Below, piece after piece: positions 40,067 to 51,856 of a stretch of DNA of 64,000 nucleotides (position 1 is the stretch's first letter; each line of letters starts with the position of its first letter). Both the position numbers and the translations under genes were made by a program. The notes under the pieces were generated by a model. It worked only from the letters and a program-made list of their open reading frames with translations, made no database searches and had not been told where the DNA came from. The DNA is taken from contig CM119263.1 in NCBI GenBank assembly GCA_051294375.1, positions 26,266,758-26,330,757 on the forward strand. Direction: 5' to 3'. The DNA comes from Paraspadella gotoi (Eukaryota; Animalia; Chaetognatha).

Positions 40067-41351
40067 TCTCTGACTCGCAGAGGCTCCCAGAGGATTGTCT
40101 TCGGAAGTCAAAGTCTCGAAAAGTATCGCTTCAAAATTGAGGTAAATTTAGTGGAAAGTTTTCACTGAAATTGCGATTTTTAGGTTTTTTCCTTTTTATT
40201 TATTATGGTTTTTTTATGTCATAGAGAGGGCTCGATAAAAGATACTTATATATGTATATACTTATACTTTTTAATTATATAATTCTTACCATTAACATTA
40301 ACCATCTTGATGCTCTTTTATTTTTCCCCGTCAGCCTGAACATCGGTCGCGGAGCCAAACGCGATGAGGCCAAAGTCGCCATCTACGTAGCGTCACCTAC
40401 GAGCGACGTCGGCGCCGCCGCTCGAGACTACAGGCACCTGCAGCTCGACCTCAGCGGCGTCGAACCGAGTCGTGATTCCGTCTTTCCGACACAGGTGCAG
40501 GGGACGTCGTCCGAGTAATGTGTTACTCATTGACCGTATTTAAACTTTATAAAACTGTAGTTTTAATTAAACTATCTTAAAACTAAACAGTAACTTTTAA
40601 CAAGCTATAACTTTGTATTTTACTCAGGCCTACTACTACTGTCGAAAGTGTGAAAATGATAAAATTTTAAAAATTGAACACGAAAATAAAGAGCGATGAA
40701 AGTATTTTATTAAATTCATTTTTATATTGGATAAATTAAAATATATATAGTAGAAAAAAATATAAAAATACTAGGAATTTTTAAATTTAAAACCGGATTT
40801 TATTTCTTCCATTTTATTCTGCATACTGTCGTCAAACGTAATCAAGCTCCTGACCTTTGCTTATTATTATTCCATGGCAACAGCCGCTTTGCCTGTGATG
40901 CCCATGGGGATGGGGCATCTCACTGTTGGCTTTGGGGTCTTCCGACCCTCAGTTTCGCCTCCAGTCACTGGCGCGGTTACCCTAGGACGGTCTCGCTTTG
41001 CCAACGCTGAGGAAAGTCGTTAGGACTGTGGATGGAATAAAACGCCTGGGATGGTGTGTTCCCCCCTCTTAGCCAATGAGGACGTGAGGCGGAGTGAACA
41101 TACCGCCACAATTCATCTGATAACAGCATCCTCGCGCTCACCCATCTGTAAAATTCGTCTGTAAATCCTTCTCCCACCCTTTAATCCTACAGATGAGTAT
41201 GCTAAGCCCCTCGACGACGGAACGGCCTCACTCGCCGACTACCACATCCCGAGGAATTTCTTCACTACTCGCGCCCCAAAACGCAGAGAATCCCGGTGAG
41301 TGCCAAAACTGTAAGCAGTGGGAGGAGAAAAAAGATAATGGCCGATGTTTG

Positions 41352-41437
<86 letters not shown>

Positions 41438-41579
41438 GCCGTAAAAAAAAAGAAAACACATTAAACGAGAAAATATTCATATTTGTTCATATATATCCTC
41501 CCTTTTTCTGTCTTTCATAGGCAACGCCTTGGAAATGACTGTTTTGACGAAAGGAAGCGTGAAGAGCACCGATGTCTAA
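17737..41579 (+). CDS. Rhodopsin-class GPCR, sex peptide receptor / myoinhibitory peptide (MIP) receptor-like
   Basis: Exons 17737-17879, 18308-18427, 18683-18792, 20559-20667, 22887-23041, 23933-24058, [TM4 exon not found], 30859-30966, 35609-35932, 36915-37078, 38306-38486, 40081-40141, 40335-40494, 41193-41295, 41521-41579. SPR-family motifs YALPLYGLVFPF, SPTNVLLAAIALAD, LPTIFHSVSIWLTVGLAVQRYIYICH, RVVVVHIIPC, CTTLMLVIVVTVFLAVELP, NFFIVLSYPTNFFIYCVMSKQFR. Confidence 0.92.
18955..19410. repeat. (AAAG)n/(GA)n microsatellite complex
   Basis: Direct inspection; explains the spurious F/L/S- and K/E/R-rich ORFs. Confidence 0.95.
20947..21347 (+). mobile_element. Helentron/DINE-like element, family B
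   Basis: subTIRs GTTGCGCCGC...GCGGCGCAAC, internal (GGTC)n/(GTCT)n, 3' end CCGTTCTTGTT, T-rich flanks. Confidence 0.7.
21804..22058 (-). mobile_element. Short non-coding interspersed retroelement-like repeat carrying a twister ribozyme, subfamily 1, copy 1
   Basis: Homologous to 22133-22344 and 40874-41111; common 3' end ...GCTGTTGCCAT followed by an A/AAT-rich tail. Confidence 0.8.
21855..21935 (-). ncRNA. Twister ribozyme, type P5
   Basis: Minus strand: P5 GTTGGC, P2' GCGA, GA-CCG, P1 TCC-TA-GGG, T^AA, P2 CCGC, GC, P3 CAGTGAC/GTCACTG, A, P4 GGG-TCGGAAGC-CCC, P5' GCCAAC. T1 CCG:CGG, T2 GC:GC. Confidence 0.8.
22133..22344 (-). mobile_element. Twister-bearing repeat, subfamily 1, copy 2 (ribozyme core 22184-22265)
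   Basis: Perfect P2 (GCGA/TCGC); L4 variant TCGGAAGA; P4 mismatch. Confidence 0.78.
24170..24505 (+). mobile_element. Helentron/DINE-like element, family B
   Basis: GTGGCGCCGC...GCGGCGCAAC subTIRs; body matches 20947-21347; 3' end CAGTTCTTGTT. Confidence 0.65.
25700..25785 (-). mobile_element. Degenerate Penelope-type pLTR/hammerhead remnant
   Basis: ACTC-loop-GAGTCGAAACATGTCC followed by AT-rich ...ATCGTTG as at 61701; the CTGATGA box is lost. Confidence 0.45.
30193..30305 (-). pseudogene. Dispersed diverged copy of arrestin exon 6 segment 7052-7158
   Basis: Reverse complement aligns over about 110 bp (CAGGAAGCTTCCTCAAACGGGA..TGCTCCAGCGACGCTAACACAGCC). Confidence 0.85.
30514..30595 (+). 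ncRNA. Twister ribozyme, type P5 (subfamily 2; host repeat extends to about 30650)
   Basis: P5 GCTGGT/GCCAGC, P2' GTGT, GA-TGG, P1 TGT-CG-GCA, T^AA (30540/30541), P2 ATTC (imperfect), GC, P3 CAGTGAC/GTTACTG, P4 CAGG-TCCAAAGC-CCTG. T1 TGG:CCA. Confidence 0.8.
31147..31768. mobile_element. hAT-type MITE
   Basis: TIR TAAGGCGTAGT...ACTACGCCTTA; 8-bp TSD ATGGGCAT. Confidence 0.9.
31985..32390. mobile_element. Unclassified DNA-transposon-like repeat with internal inverted repeats (second copy about 56740-57135)
   Basis: Shared GAGCTCCTG..CCGAAATGTATTCACTTT and AAGAGTTGCAG...CTGCAACTCTT inverted repeats in both copies. Confidence 0.55.
33717..33764 (+). pseudogene. tRNA-Leu(TAG)-derived 3' fragment
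   Basis: AGTCTCTTCGGAGGCGTGGGTTCAAATCTCACCGCTGC matches the variable arm, T arm and 3' acceptor strand of metazoan tRNA-Leu; TTTAG sits at the anticodon position; the 5' half is absent. Confidence 0.75.
33845..33952. repeat. Degenerate (CCCTAA)n telomere-like tract
   Basis: CTAACCCTAATCCTAATCCTGAACCCTAAA... Confidence 0.55.
38744..39313. mobile_element. Tc1/mariner-type MITE (degenerate)
   Basis: TA|CAGG..AGCTCTTTTGAGAC versus GTCCCATAAGAGCT..CCCTG|TA imperfect TIRs with TA flanks. Confidence 0.45.
40874..41111 (-). mobile_element. Twister-bearing repeat, subfamily 1, copy 3 (core 40925-41005), with (AAT)n tail
   Basis: Near-identical to copy 1; P3 mismatches and L4 TCGGAAGA; TTATTATTATT tail at 40861-40871. 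Confidence 0.8.
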
Positions 41580-42011
41580 ATTTTTACTATGAACAAATGG
41601 CGTTTCGTCTTGCTTAACCCTTTTGTATTAATTAAAAAATATAACGTCTCTTGACCCAAACTGTTTATCCTATGCTTAACATATCTGTGTTAAACGTGAT
41701 AAGTGTTTTTAAACTTTGTTCTTTCTGGGTGGCCTGACCCCAATGCCTATTGTATCTTGTATTTTGAATCAACTATCAGTAATTGACTATATTGCTTAAC
41801 AGAATTCTTTTTATGTAAAAAAAACAAGACAAAAAAAAACTATCACATAAAAATTAAAGTTAAATTGATTTTTTTGTTAGGTATGATTAATTGGGTATTG
41901 ACTACCCATTCACAATGTCAAAAAATATAACGCTGTGATACCAGGGCTTTGGCCGGTTTAACATAAACATTCAAAATATACCTTTAAAAGATAGGATAAG
42001 CAACAATAAAG

Positions 42012-42267
42012 GATCACCATTTGGTGATGGCTCGCCTATACCTGAATATTGGGATTGAAGAGCCGAAATCCATGATAACTGATAACTGATAACTGATAAC
42101 CTTCTTATTGTTTTAAGATATAAATTAATTTCAAAAAAATAATTTCTTAAAATTTCTTTCTCAAAATTTCTTTCTCAAAATTACATAACAAAAAACAATG
42201 AGCGATCACCATTTGGTAATGTCTCACCTATACCTGTATATTGGGATTAAAGAGCTGAAATCCATGA
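42012..42267. repeat. Diverged direct duplication of a roughly 65-bp block
   Basis: GATCACCATTTGGT..CCTATACCTG..TATTGGGATT..AAATCCATGA at about 42012 and 42204. Confidence 0.7.
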
Positions 42268-42779
42268 AAGATATAGGTTCCCAACTGATGACATTTCCAT
42301 TTTATAAACATAAAAGATAAAAAAATATTCAAAAGAGAAATAATTAAAAAGTTGGATAAAGTACAAATGTAATTTTCATTCAAGTATTTTGAAATTATGT
42401 TCATGATATAAAGGTTCCCCTATAGACCTTACGAACATACGATTCTACATGGTAGTCTTATCCCTATTGTTAAAAAAAAATCATATATAACTTTGGTCAG
42501 ATTGTAGTCAAACCTTGTGTTGTATAGATGCTCCCTCTTTTTCCAGAAGACAACACTGACCTCCCCCTCCAAAATGAGTTATTAGATATAATTATAAATA
42601 ATTTAAAAAAAAAATACAGAATAAATTATTGTACAAAATATTGCTTAAATTTCGCTGACTTGGTTTAATAAAAGTGTCTGTAAACTTCTTGTTTTCTGCT
42701 TTGCCATTCTTTTGCCAATAGTTAGCTTTTGAATAAACCATAATGAAAATAACAATTATTCTTGAGGCTATTTTCGTTC

Positions 42780-43572
42780 AAAATGGTTTATCCGATATGA
42801 AAAAGCAAAAAAAACCATGTACGGTCCGTCGTCCATGTGTCCGTCCTCTCCGTTCCGTCCGTCCCGTCCGTCGTCCTTCCGTCCGTCTGCCGTCCGTCCG
42901 CCGTCCATTCCGTCCGTCCGTCCGTCCGTCCATCCGTCCGTCCGTCCATCCGTCTGTCACACCTGAGCAAAAAACACCAATTACTCGTGATTGGATGGGA
43001 TTGGAATGAAATTTTGTGTGTGGGTAGGGAAGTGTGTGATTGAGCTGGAAATGAAGTTTTGATGGAATCGTCCGTGTGGAAATGAGTTTAAATGGAAAAA
43101 AACCAAAAAAAAAATTTCACTATTTAAACACCAATTACTCATGAGTGGATGGGGCGAGTGACTTGAATTTTTGTATTTGGTTAGAAAAGTGTGTGATTAA
43201 ACTGGAAATCAAGTTTCAATGGAATCGTTTGAGTGGAAATGAGTTTAAATGGAAAAAACAACGAACCTGTTTCACTAATTATTGATTATGCTTCTTTTTC
43301 TTTTATTTTAAATGTAAATGCAAGATGTATTAATTAATCAAATAATTAATCAATTAATTAATCAATTAGTAAAATTAATTAATCAATAATTAATCAATCA
43401 ATTAATCAATCAAAACAAACATTTCGAGTCAAATTAATTAATTAATTACTTAAATAATTAACTTGTATAAATTAATTATTAATTTATTAAAAAAATTAAT
43501 TAACTTGAATTAATTAATTATTAATTAATTAATGATCGTGGGCAGATCCGACATTGTTTGCTCAAACTTGTT
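42780..43572 (+). mobile_element. HINE family A copy with expanded (TCCG)n
   Basis: Body and 3' end near-identical to 11690-12366. Confidence 0.75.
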
Positions 43573-43744
43573 TCTTTTTTTCTTGGTTTTTTATTTGCGT
43601 GTTTTGTTTGTTTTTTTTTTGTTTTTTTATGTAAATAAAGTGCTTTCTGTTTGAATAGTTATTCATGAGTAGGAGTTTCGTCAGGATTTGGCCAAAAAAC
43701 GGAAACATTGCATCAAATTATCCTCAAATCAATTACCATGAGGT

Positions 43745-43850
43745 ACCGGCGAAGCGCGCCAGTGGCAGGGGTCGCCACTAAGGGTCCAAAGCCACAATCG
43801 AGTGGTGCCCCACCGAACTGGTCGTCACAGACAACCCGGCTGTTGCTATA
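43745..43850 (+). mobile_element. Diverged 3' fragment of the twister-bearing repeat
   Basis: GC-CAGTGGC/GCCACTA-AGGG-TCCAAAGC and 3' end CAACCCGGCTGTTGCTAT; subfamily-2 L4 combined with a subfamily-1 tail. Confidence 0.65.
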
Positions 43851-45933
43851 AATCATTTTATGGGCCTGGAAGACACTTTAATTCCTTTACATCGGTGAAC
43901 TTTATTACTCAGAAAATAAGGATTTCAACAAAATCAGACGGAACAGGGAAGATTAGGGAGGCCATTGAGATCCGTGGGCCGAACACAGCCGCGGTTGAGT
44001 AAATCTTAAGCTTCCCCTCTCCTTTTTTTTTCGAGGACTCAAGACTGTTTCTCTCCCTGAGGCGTCCTTAAATCGTTCTCTTTTCTAAACGCCATCAATC
44101 TAATTTCAGATTGACACATTCTCGATATTCTTTTATAGGCCTTTTATAAAAAGTAGCAGTATATAAACTATATATATTTAGGGGCAAAGGAGAAGGAAAA
44201 TATGTAAGTAGATGAAAAACAAGCCATATTAATTTGTAATTAAATTCTTTCAAGAATCATTTCTCAAATGAAGTATATATATTATGTACTGTGTGTATAA
44301 AAAAAAACATCCACTTTTTCTTCGCATGNNNNNNNNNNNNNNNNNNNNNNNNNCCTCGTTTCGTTTCGTGGCTCTTTATTTTAATATGAAAACGCTATCA
44401 GTCTAACATAAATCTTTGAAAACCGCAATTTATTAATTCAAGATTTAACAAATGAGGGTGTTCTTTTTCTTCTATCTTCTTCTTATTCCCTTTTTCTTCT
44501 ATCCTTTTCTTTTTCTCTTTTTTACTCATTCTATCTTCTCTTCTTTCCTATTCTCTATTCTTTTCTTTTTTTTTCTTATTTTCCGCTGTATTTCTTTTTT
44601 TCCGTCGGCGGCGAAATCTAATTCCTCGACTCATCCGGCTGAGAGAAAGATATCTGGCGAAGAAATGGAGTGACAACCGGACCGAGGTAGAGGACAAAAA
44701 CCAATTACGACTGTTTGTCCTTGAAAGTTAATTAAGGCCAAATCTCGCTTCATATCGTGTTCCAGTAAGGTCTCTGGTGTTCTAAGCTCTTGATTCTGTG
44801 CTAGGTACTACTGTCGGTTTTTTTTAAGTTAGGAACCATTATTTTAAGAGGATTTTTTTTAACTGGTTCGAGTCGATAAAAAAAAAAAAACGGAAAAAAT
44901 AGAACATTGGGCTCGATGGAATGTGGTTAGCAAAGAGAGTAATAAGGTCGACAAAAAAAAAGGGGTAAAAGAGCGGAGGGTCGACAATGGCGAAATAAGG
45001 ATGGAGAATAAAAAAGATGTACCAAGAAAATAGGAAATATTTGCCAAAATTCCAGGAAAAATGTGCTACAAGTGCCAAGGGTTAGTCTCGCTGCCTCAAA
45101 TAAGATATTTATTTATTAATATGATATAGGTAGTTTAATATAGGTTTGACCAATTTCATAACCTCCTCTGTCTCATATATCACTTCTTTAATCTTCATTT
45201 TATCTCAGTGCATCAGATTTCTAGATCTAATTTATTAAGTCGCGTTGTCTTTACAGGCTTCACTATAAATCGCGGCGTCACTCACTAGGTAAAATTTAAT
45301 TATATGAAAAATTTTTTGTTTTATTTTATCAAGTCAACGAACAGAAGAATGAAATTGAAGAAAGATCGCTGTGCATCTCAGAAAACAAATCTTTGATCAG
45401 GGGTGAAAAAATAGCCTGATATTTTTTGGACGTCTTAAATAAGGCTGTAGTAAAATTCTAATTTAACTTTATTTAAAATTCTAAAATTGAGGAACGAAAA
45501 ACATTATTATTTAATGATCATTTATGTAATAAAGAAAATTTATATAAAATTTTACAAATTTACGCAGTAGGCCATATTTTAATACTAGTACTATAATTCA
45601 ATAATGTTTAAAATATTCTAAACAGTTTTATAAAAGATTTTTTTTTGCAGATTTTGTGATTCGTTATTAAAAAGTTGATAAAAAGAAATATAACTCTTTT
45701 TGAATAAATTCCTTCATTAAGTGGCCAAATAGAAAAAAGACTATATTTAAGTGAAAATAAACTTTTTTTATATATTAAATATAGTTTTTTTATTTTTAAC
45801 TCAGCATTAATGAAAGAACTTTTTAAAAATGATTTATAATTTCCTTTTATCAACTTTTGAACGAGGAATTTCAAATCTGCAATCAAAAATAAAGAAAAAA
45901 GCTTATTTTGAAATTTTTCGATTTTATAAGGAT

Positions 45934-48900
45934 TGGCCTTAGCCAAATTTTATAAAAGTTTTTTACGAATTTAGGCACTTAGTAACAAATAGTCCCTTAT
46001 ATGCTACTAATTTTTTTCCTATCTTTTGTTTTTTGAAAAAAAACGATCAATAAGTGCTTGCAACTCCTTCAAAATTTGCAAAAAACGGTTTTTTTCATTA
46101 AAAATGGATAGATATCTTAAAAAATATCAGTCAGAACAAAATTTTAACCTGCGTGCAATTAAACGAGCAAAAAAAATACTTCATTTACATACTTTATATT
46201 TTAATAATCCAAAAAAATACTTTTCCCAATTATTGATGTTTAAAAAACCGAATCTCGGGGCATTTTTAAGCTCACATTTTTTTATTTTCGCCCTTATAAA
46301 CATTTGAAAATAAGTGTAAAATAAGGTATAAAACAGCTAAATCCTCTAGAGTAAACCTTGGGCTTTCTATTGGCGTAAAATAGGGTAATTAGTTTTTTAA
46401 TTTTGTTCAGGAGCTATGAATTGTTAAATCTTTAAAAATTTTGAAAAAATATTTATTTAATATTTTTGTCTGTAATGCCTTACAATTTGAATGTTTATAC
46501 ATCTATCATTATCTAACAGAACATATAGCTTTAATTTAGACCTTTCCCAACTTTTAACCAATTTTTAATTATTTGAATTATACGTAAAATATAAATTTAT
46601 TTTAAAAAACCAGATTAATCAATTAGTACTGTTCAAATAAGAATCTTTTTTTTAAAAATAAAGAATAGCAGAAAATAAAGTTCTAACTTATAGAGGCTTT
46701 AAAAAACCAATGTTTAAAATAAAAATATATAAAATTTAATAAATAAAATAACAATTTTACTTTATTTAGTATAAAAAATATATGATTGTTTAATTAAAAC
46801 TTAATCTCAAATAAAATAAAGCAGTATATTTATTGAGTGCTTTAATTCAATCTCATATCCAGGCTTTTAATAGGGCAATAAATTTGTTATATTACTGAAA
46901 AAAAATTTAACAAAATAAAAATCATAAAGTAGCTCACTCAATATTTGATATAATTGTTAAATAAAAAATGTTACCAAAATATTTAACAAGTATAATGGCA
47001 TAACTTTTAAATACTTGAATAAAATATATATTAATAAGTTTTTAAAAATATTTTTAAATTTTTTAAAATAATTTAAGATTTTTAAAAATTATAACGATAA
47101 AACAATTCGTCTGATAAAAAACAAATAAATTCTCGTTACATTTAATTAATTCTTTTATCTAAAAGCCATTTGCAGAGTTTTGATTTAATTATATTATTTT
47201 GTGGATCATTAAATCAGTCCATGTTTTAACTTTTTTCCTTCCTTTTTTTTAATTTTATATTCGAGAAAAGCAAAGTGTTTTGAAATTTTAAAATGATTTT
47301 ATATTTATTTAAGAAAGACGGACATGTTAATATGTTGATGAAGGCTTGAAGTCAACTAGCCGAAACATGTCCAATACGTTAATAATCGTTATAGACAATT
47401 TCAAATACTTTGCTTTCTTTAATAATTAAAAAAAACTATGAAAAGAAAGGATTAATTGCATCATGGTATTTTATGATTATAAAGCTTTTATGATTTAGTA
47501 TTGGTTTTTCATTAATCAATACTCTTTTCATTTTTTAGCACTTAAATGTAGTAGGGCAGCAAAATCCTAAACAGAGCAGGATTTTTGGTAAATACTAATT
47601 AAAAGTTTTTTTATAAAAATATTTTTAGTAGTGATAGTGAATATGCTTTACAATTTGAATGCAATACTTTATTGTCTAAACATTATCATACAAGCATAAG
47701 CTTTAATTTGAAACCTCTCCTAACTTTTTAACAATTTTTTTTTATTGAATTATAAGAAAAATTTAAATAGAAAGAAAAGATTATTCAATGTAGTATTTCA
47801 AAATGGATTAATCTTAAAAATTAAGATACAAAATATGTTTCTATATATAACTACAAGTGCAGTTCTACTACTTGTTAGGACTATAAAAATAAATTTATTT
47901 TTTAATTAAATAATAAATTTTAATTATAAAATATTTTAAAAATTTAAAAAATATTTTAAAACTATTAATATAGTATTTATTCAATATAAAGTTAATGCAT
48001 TATTACGTTTGTTAATATTTTGGAAACATTTTTTATTAACAAATATATATAAAATATTGAAGTGAGCTACTTATTATTATTATTTTGTAAATTTTTTCAT
48101 AAAATAAAACAGAAATATTTATTGCATATTAAAGCTGGATATGAGATTGAATTAAAAAGCACTCAACTAATATATACTGTTATTTTATTTGAAGATTAAG
48201 TTTAATTAAAACATCATATATTTTTTATAATAAAATAAAGTTAATAATCCTGTTTTAATTTATTTTTTATTATAAAATTTTATATTATTTTTAATTTTAA
48301 AACCTTTGTTAAAAGCCTTTAAGTAGAACTGTATTTTGTAATCTTATTTTAAAAAAGAATTCTATTTGAAAGTACTAATGTTAATATTTAATTAAAAAAA
48401 AAATTTAATTTTTATCGTATAATTCAATAATAAAAACATCGTAAAAAAGTTGGGAAAGGCTCTCAAATTAAAGCTATTTTTGTAGATAATGATAGATTAT
48501 CATAAACATTCAATGTAAGCACACGAACAGAAAATATAAATAAATATTTTTCAAAATTTTTTCAGTTAACAAATTCATAGCTCCTGAAAAAATTAAAAAA
48601 CTAACTCCTATTTATCGCCAATAGAAAAGCCCAAAGGTTTACATCTAGAAGGATTAGTCTTTTTATACCTATTTTAGCATTATTTTCAAAGTTATAAGGG
48701 AAAATAAAAAAATGTGACTTAAAAATGCAAGAGAATTCGTTTTTTTAAAACATCATAATTGGAAAGTATTTTTTGATTTTTAAAAATAAAGTATGTAAGA
48801 ATGAAGTAATTATTATCTGCTCTTTAAATTGACGCAAGTTAAATTTGATTCTGACTGATATTTTTTAGATATCTATCATTTTTAATGAAAAAAAACCGTT

Positions 48901-49051
48901 TTTTTGGCAAAATTTTAAGAGTTGCAAGCACTTATTGATCGATTTTTCAAAAAAACAAGATAAGAAAAAAAATTAGTAGGCATATAGGAGGACTAATTTG
49001 TACTTATAAGTGCTAAATTCTTAAAAAAACTTTATAAATTTGCTACGCCTA
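45934..49051. mobile_element. 3.1-kb non-autonomous foldback hAT-like element with about 1.15-kb inverted arms
   Basis: TSD ATAAGGAT/ATAAGAAT; right end TTTGCTACGCCTA; arms about 45934-47090 and 47920-49051 are imperfect reverse complements; no transposase ORF. Confidence 0.8.
47330..47376 (+). ncRNA. Minimal type I hammerhead, core-mutated (TTGATGA)
   Basis: TTGATGA-A-GGCT[loop]AGCC-GAAACATGTC within an inverted-repeat cassette 47262-47420. Confidence 0.55.
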
Positions 49052-49704
49052 ATAAGAATAGTACTATATATAAGATATAGCTACTGCAAAAATTAAAAAA
49101 CATAAATTTATTTTTTTTACAAATTATGCTTCACTGATGGTATTTGTATCATAATTGACTTTTAGAATTTCGTATGTAACTTTCACTACGGCCTTAGTCT
49201 TAAATATCAATAATAGATAAATATATAAATAATGAGAATGTTCTAAGAATAAATTGAGAGGGGAAAACAGGCGGTGAGAGGTCTGTAAATAATTTAAATG
49301 AATGATTGTTGTTAGATTTTTTTTACGACGAAAAATATTTCGGGCCCTGATCGCGTTCAAGTGGAAAAGAGATTATATGAAAGGATAAAAGGAAAGTCGG
49401 AGAATAAAGCAGCAGATATATTTTTTCCCTTGTGGTGAAAGACAACGGAAAAAGAATGTCTGCTCTCGGAGAAGTTGACAAGTAAACTTATTACAAAAAA
49501 TTATTATAATAAGAAAATGTCTTTAAACGACAATAACAATGACCATAATGAAGAGAGAGAGAGAGAGAGAGAGAGATAGATAGATAGATAGATAATTGTA
49601 CAGGACCTAGTACTTCTGCAAGAAAGGACTATAAGGTAAACAGTGGGTCCGTTCATTTAAAAAATTTCATTAAAGGTTTTACCAGTAAAAGTCTACCAAA
49701 AAAT

Positions 49705-49767
<63 letters not shown>

Positions 49768-49849
49768 CAGAAACGGACATGTTCAAATTTTTTTTTACAG
49801 GAATAATTTGATTTGTTTGTGACAACGATTTGTTTTATTTCAGTTTAGA

Positions 49850-49892
49850 AACGGACATGTTTCGGCTTTGATTACAAGCCTTCATCAGCGTT
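49850..49892 (-). ncRNA. Minimal type I hammerhead ribozyme (Penelope-like element type)
   Basis: Exact reverse complement of 49916-49958. Confidence 0.85.
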
Positions 49893-49915
49893 GAAATATA
49901 ATTCACAAATCTGTC

Positions 49916-49958
49916 AACGCTGATGAAGGCTTGTAATCAAAGCCGAAACATGTCCGTT
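49916..49958 (+). ncRNA. Minimal type I hammerhead ribozyme (Penelope-like element type)
   Basis: Stem I AACG/CGTT, CTGATGA-A, stem II GGCTT/AAGCC, GAAA, palindromic ACATGT stem III, GTC cleavage triplet ending at 49954. Confidence 0.85.
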
Positions 49959-50106
49959 TCTAAACTGAAATAAAAACAAATCGTTGTCACAAACAAATCA
50001 AAACTTATTCCTGTAAGAAAAATTTTTACAATTTCAGTCCGGACTGAAAACTTAGATCTTTGCTGACCATTGACACCAGCTGTCCCTTAACGCGTCACGT
50101 GCCCCC

Positions 50107-50404
50107 TTCGCCGCCGCCTCGCAGACCCGCTACGCTACCCCATCGCCACGCTCTCTATTGCGTCGCGTTTTTTCCCTTCTTTTCAATCAGAATTAAAAAA
50201 ATAAAGATTTCGCGATTGCCTACCATTTTAACTATATTCTTTATTATGTTTTTGCTGAACTTCGCCGCCTCGCAGACCCTGCTACGCTACCCCATCGCCA
50301 GCGCGTTTTTTTCCCTTCTTTTCAATCAGAATTTAAAAAAATAAAGATTTCGCGATTGCCTATCATTTTATACTAATTCTTTTATTATGTTTTTGCTGAC
50401 TTCG
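50107..50404. repeat. Two-copy tandem duplication (about 150 bp)
   Basis: CGCCTCGCAGACCC..GCTACCCCATCGCCA..TTATGTTTTTGCTGA occurs twice. Confidence 0.85.
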
Positions 50405-50895
50405 ACATTGTTGTTATTGTATTTCACTGTACAAACTGTTAGTAATTTTATCGTCCTTGTCAGTTTTTATTTTTTAATGTAAGTAATCGATGAGGAGGAG
50501 GGGTTCAGGCCCCGAAGGCATCGTTTCCTCCCCTTTCCTCATCCTTTCTTTCTCCGTCGAGCTCGCGGGATTTCGGGGTTCAGTTTTCGTTTTCGGAAAA
50601 TATTCACTTCACCTTTTCCCTCTCTCTTAGTCTGATGTACCATTTACTGTTAATTTTGGACCTTATTTTTCTCCTTTTAATAAACGCTTTTTCCTTCACT
50701 CAAGCATTATTTTTGCCAGAGACATGATTTTAGGGGTAATTACAATTTTATCTTTTTAAGTGAACGCTGGGCCATTGAGACCTGAGATGTTAAAAAACCT
50801 CGCCTTGACATGATGTTGAGAAGGATCACGATCACATTAAAGTTATATTTGATGGATCGCCGATATTGCACTTATAAAATAAAAAAAGAGATATA

Positions 50896-51856
50896 CCGTC
50901 GCTCAAAAAGGCTTCCCCTTGGGTCAGTCTACCCCGGGGGAAAATATTTTTGATCATTTAGAGGTACTCTTAAGGTAATATATTTAGGGGTATTTCTAAT
51001 GCTAATTCCTTTTGGTAACAATAAAACGTACCCCTAATGGTAACCCCAAGAAATAGAAAAAAAGCTTCCCATGTAATAAGGAAAAAGTAAATAATTTTAA
51101 ACAAAAATTTAGGCTTTTTTTTATTCTTTATTCTTTATTCTTTATTCTTTATTAAATCTTTATTCCTTTCCCCTCTCATTCTTTTTTTTATTCCTTTTCA
51201 CTTTTTTAAAAAAATTTTTATTAGATATATATTTTATATATATAAAATAAAATTATTGTTAAAGAATTTTGTTAATTTTTTAAAATATAATATTATATAA
51301 AAATAAATTATAAATATTGTATTTGACTTTCTTTTTTTTGTTTGTTTGTGATTAAAAAGAAAATGAAAATTTTATAAGAATAACAATAAATTTAATTGTT
51401 CCTATAAAATTTTCATTTTCTTTTTAATCACAAACAAACAACAAAAAAAAAGTCAAATATAATATCTACAATTTATTTTTATATAATATTATATTTTAAA
51501 AAATTAACAAAATTCTTGAACAATAATTTAAAAAACAAAAAAAGAATAAGAGAAAAAGAGAGTGAAAGAATAAGAAAAAAAAAGGGAGTAAAATCATTTG
51601 TCTAAAATTGATTAAAAAAGCCTAGCTTCTTTTAGTACAATGAGAATATTACTTCAAGGGGTAAACATTTTTTTATACTTAAGGGTAACCCCTAAACACT
51701 AAAAAAACTATCCCCCTGAGGGCATACCTATTACCTAGGTATATTGTTTTTGCCTACGACCAAAGGCCATCCTTAGGNNNNNNNNNNNNNNNNNNNNNNN
51801 NNTATGACCCCCCGGGTCGCCCCTACCACACGCCAGGGAGGCTTTTATTCTGACGG
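50896..51856. mobile_element. Tc1/mariner-pogo-type MITE with a central palindrome (about 51250-51530)
   Basis: TA|CCGTC...AAAAAGGCTTCCC versus GGGAGGCTTTT...GACGG|TA; internal arms of about 140 bp. Spans a gap, so pairing of the ends is inferred. Confidence 0.5.

Larger units (their letters stand above)
45440..49196. mobile_element. hAT-type MITE interrupted by a nested foldback element
   Basis: 8-bp TSD GTCTTAAA; the two halves rejoin to match 31147-31768. Confidence 0.85.

Noticed and set aside
51752-51762. GCCTACGACCA resembling the 5S rRNA 5' end
   Set aside because: Similarity stops after 11 nt.
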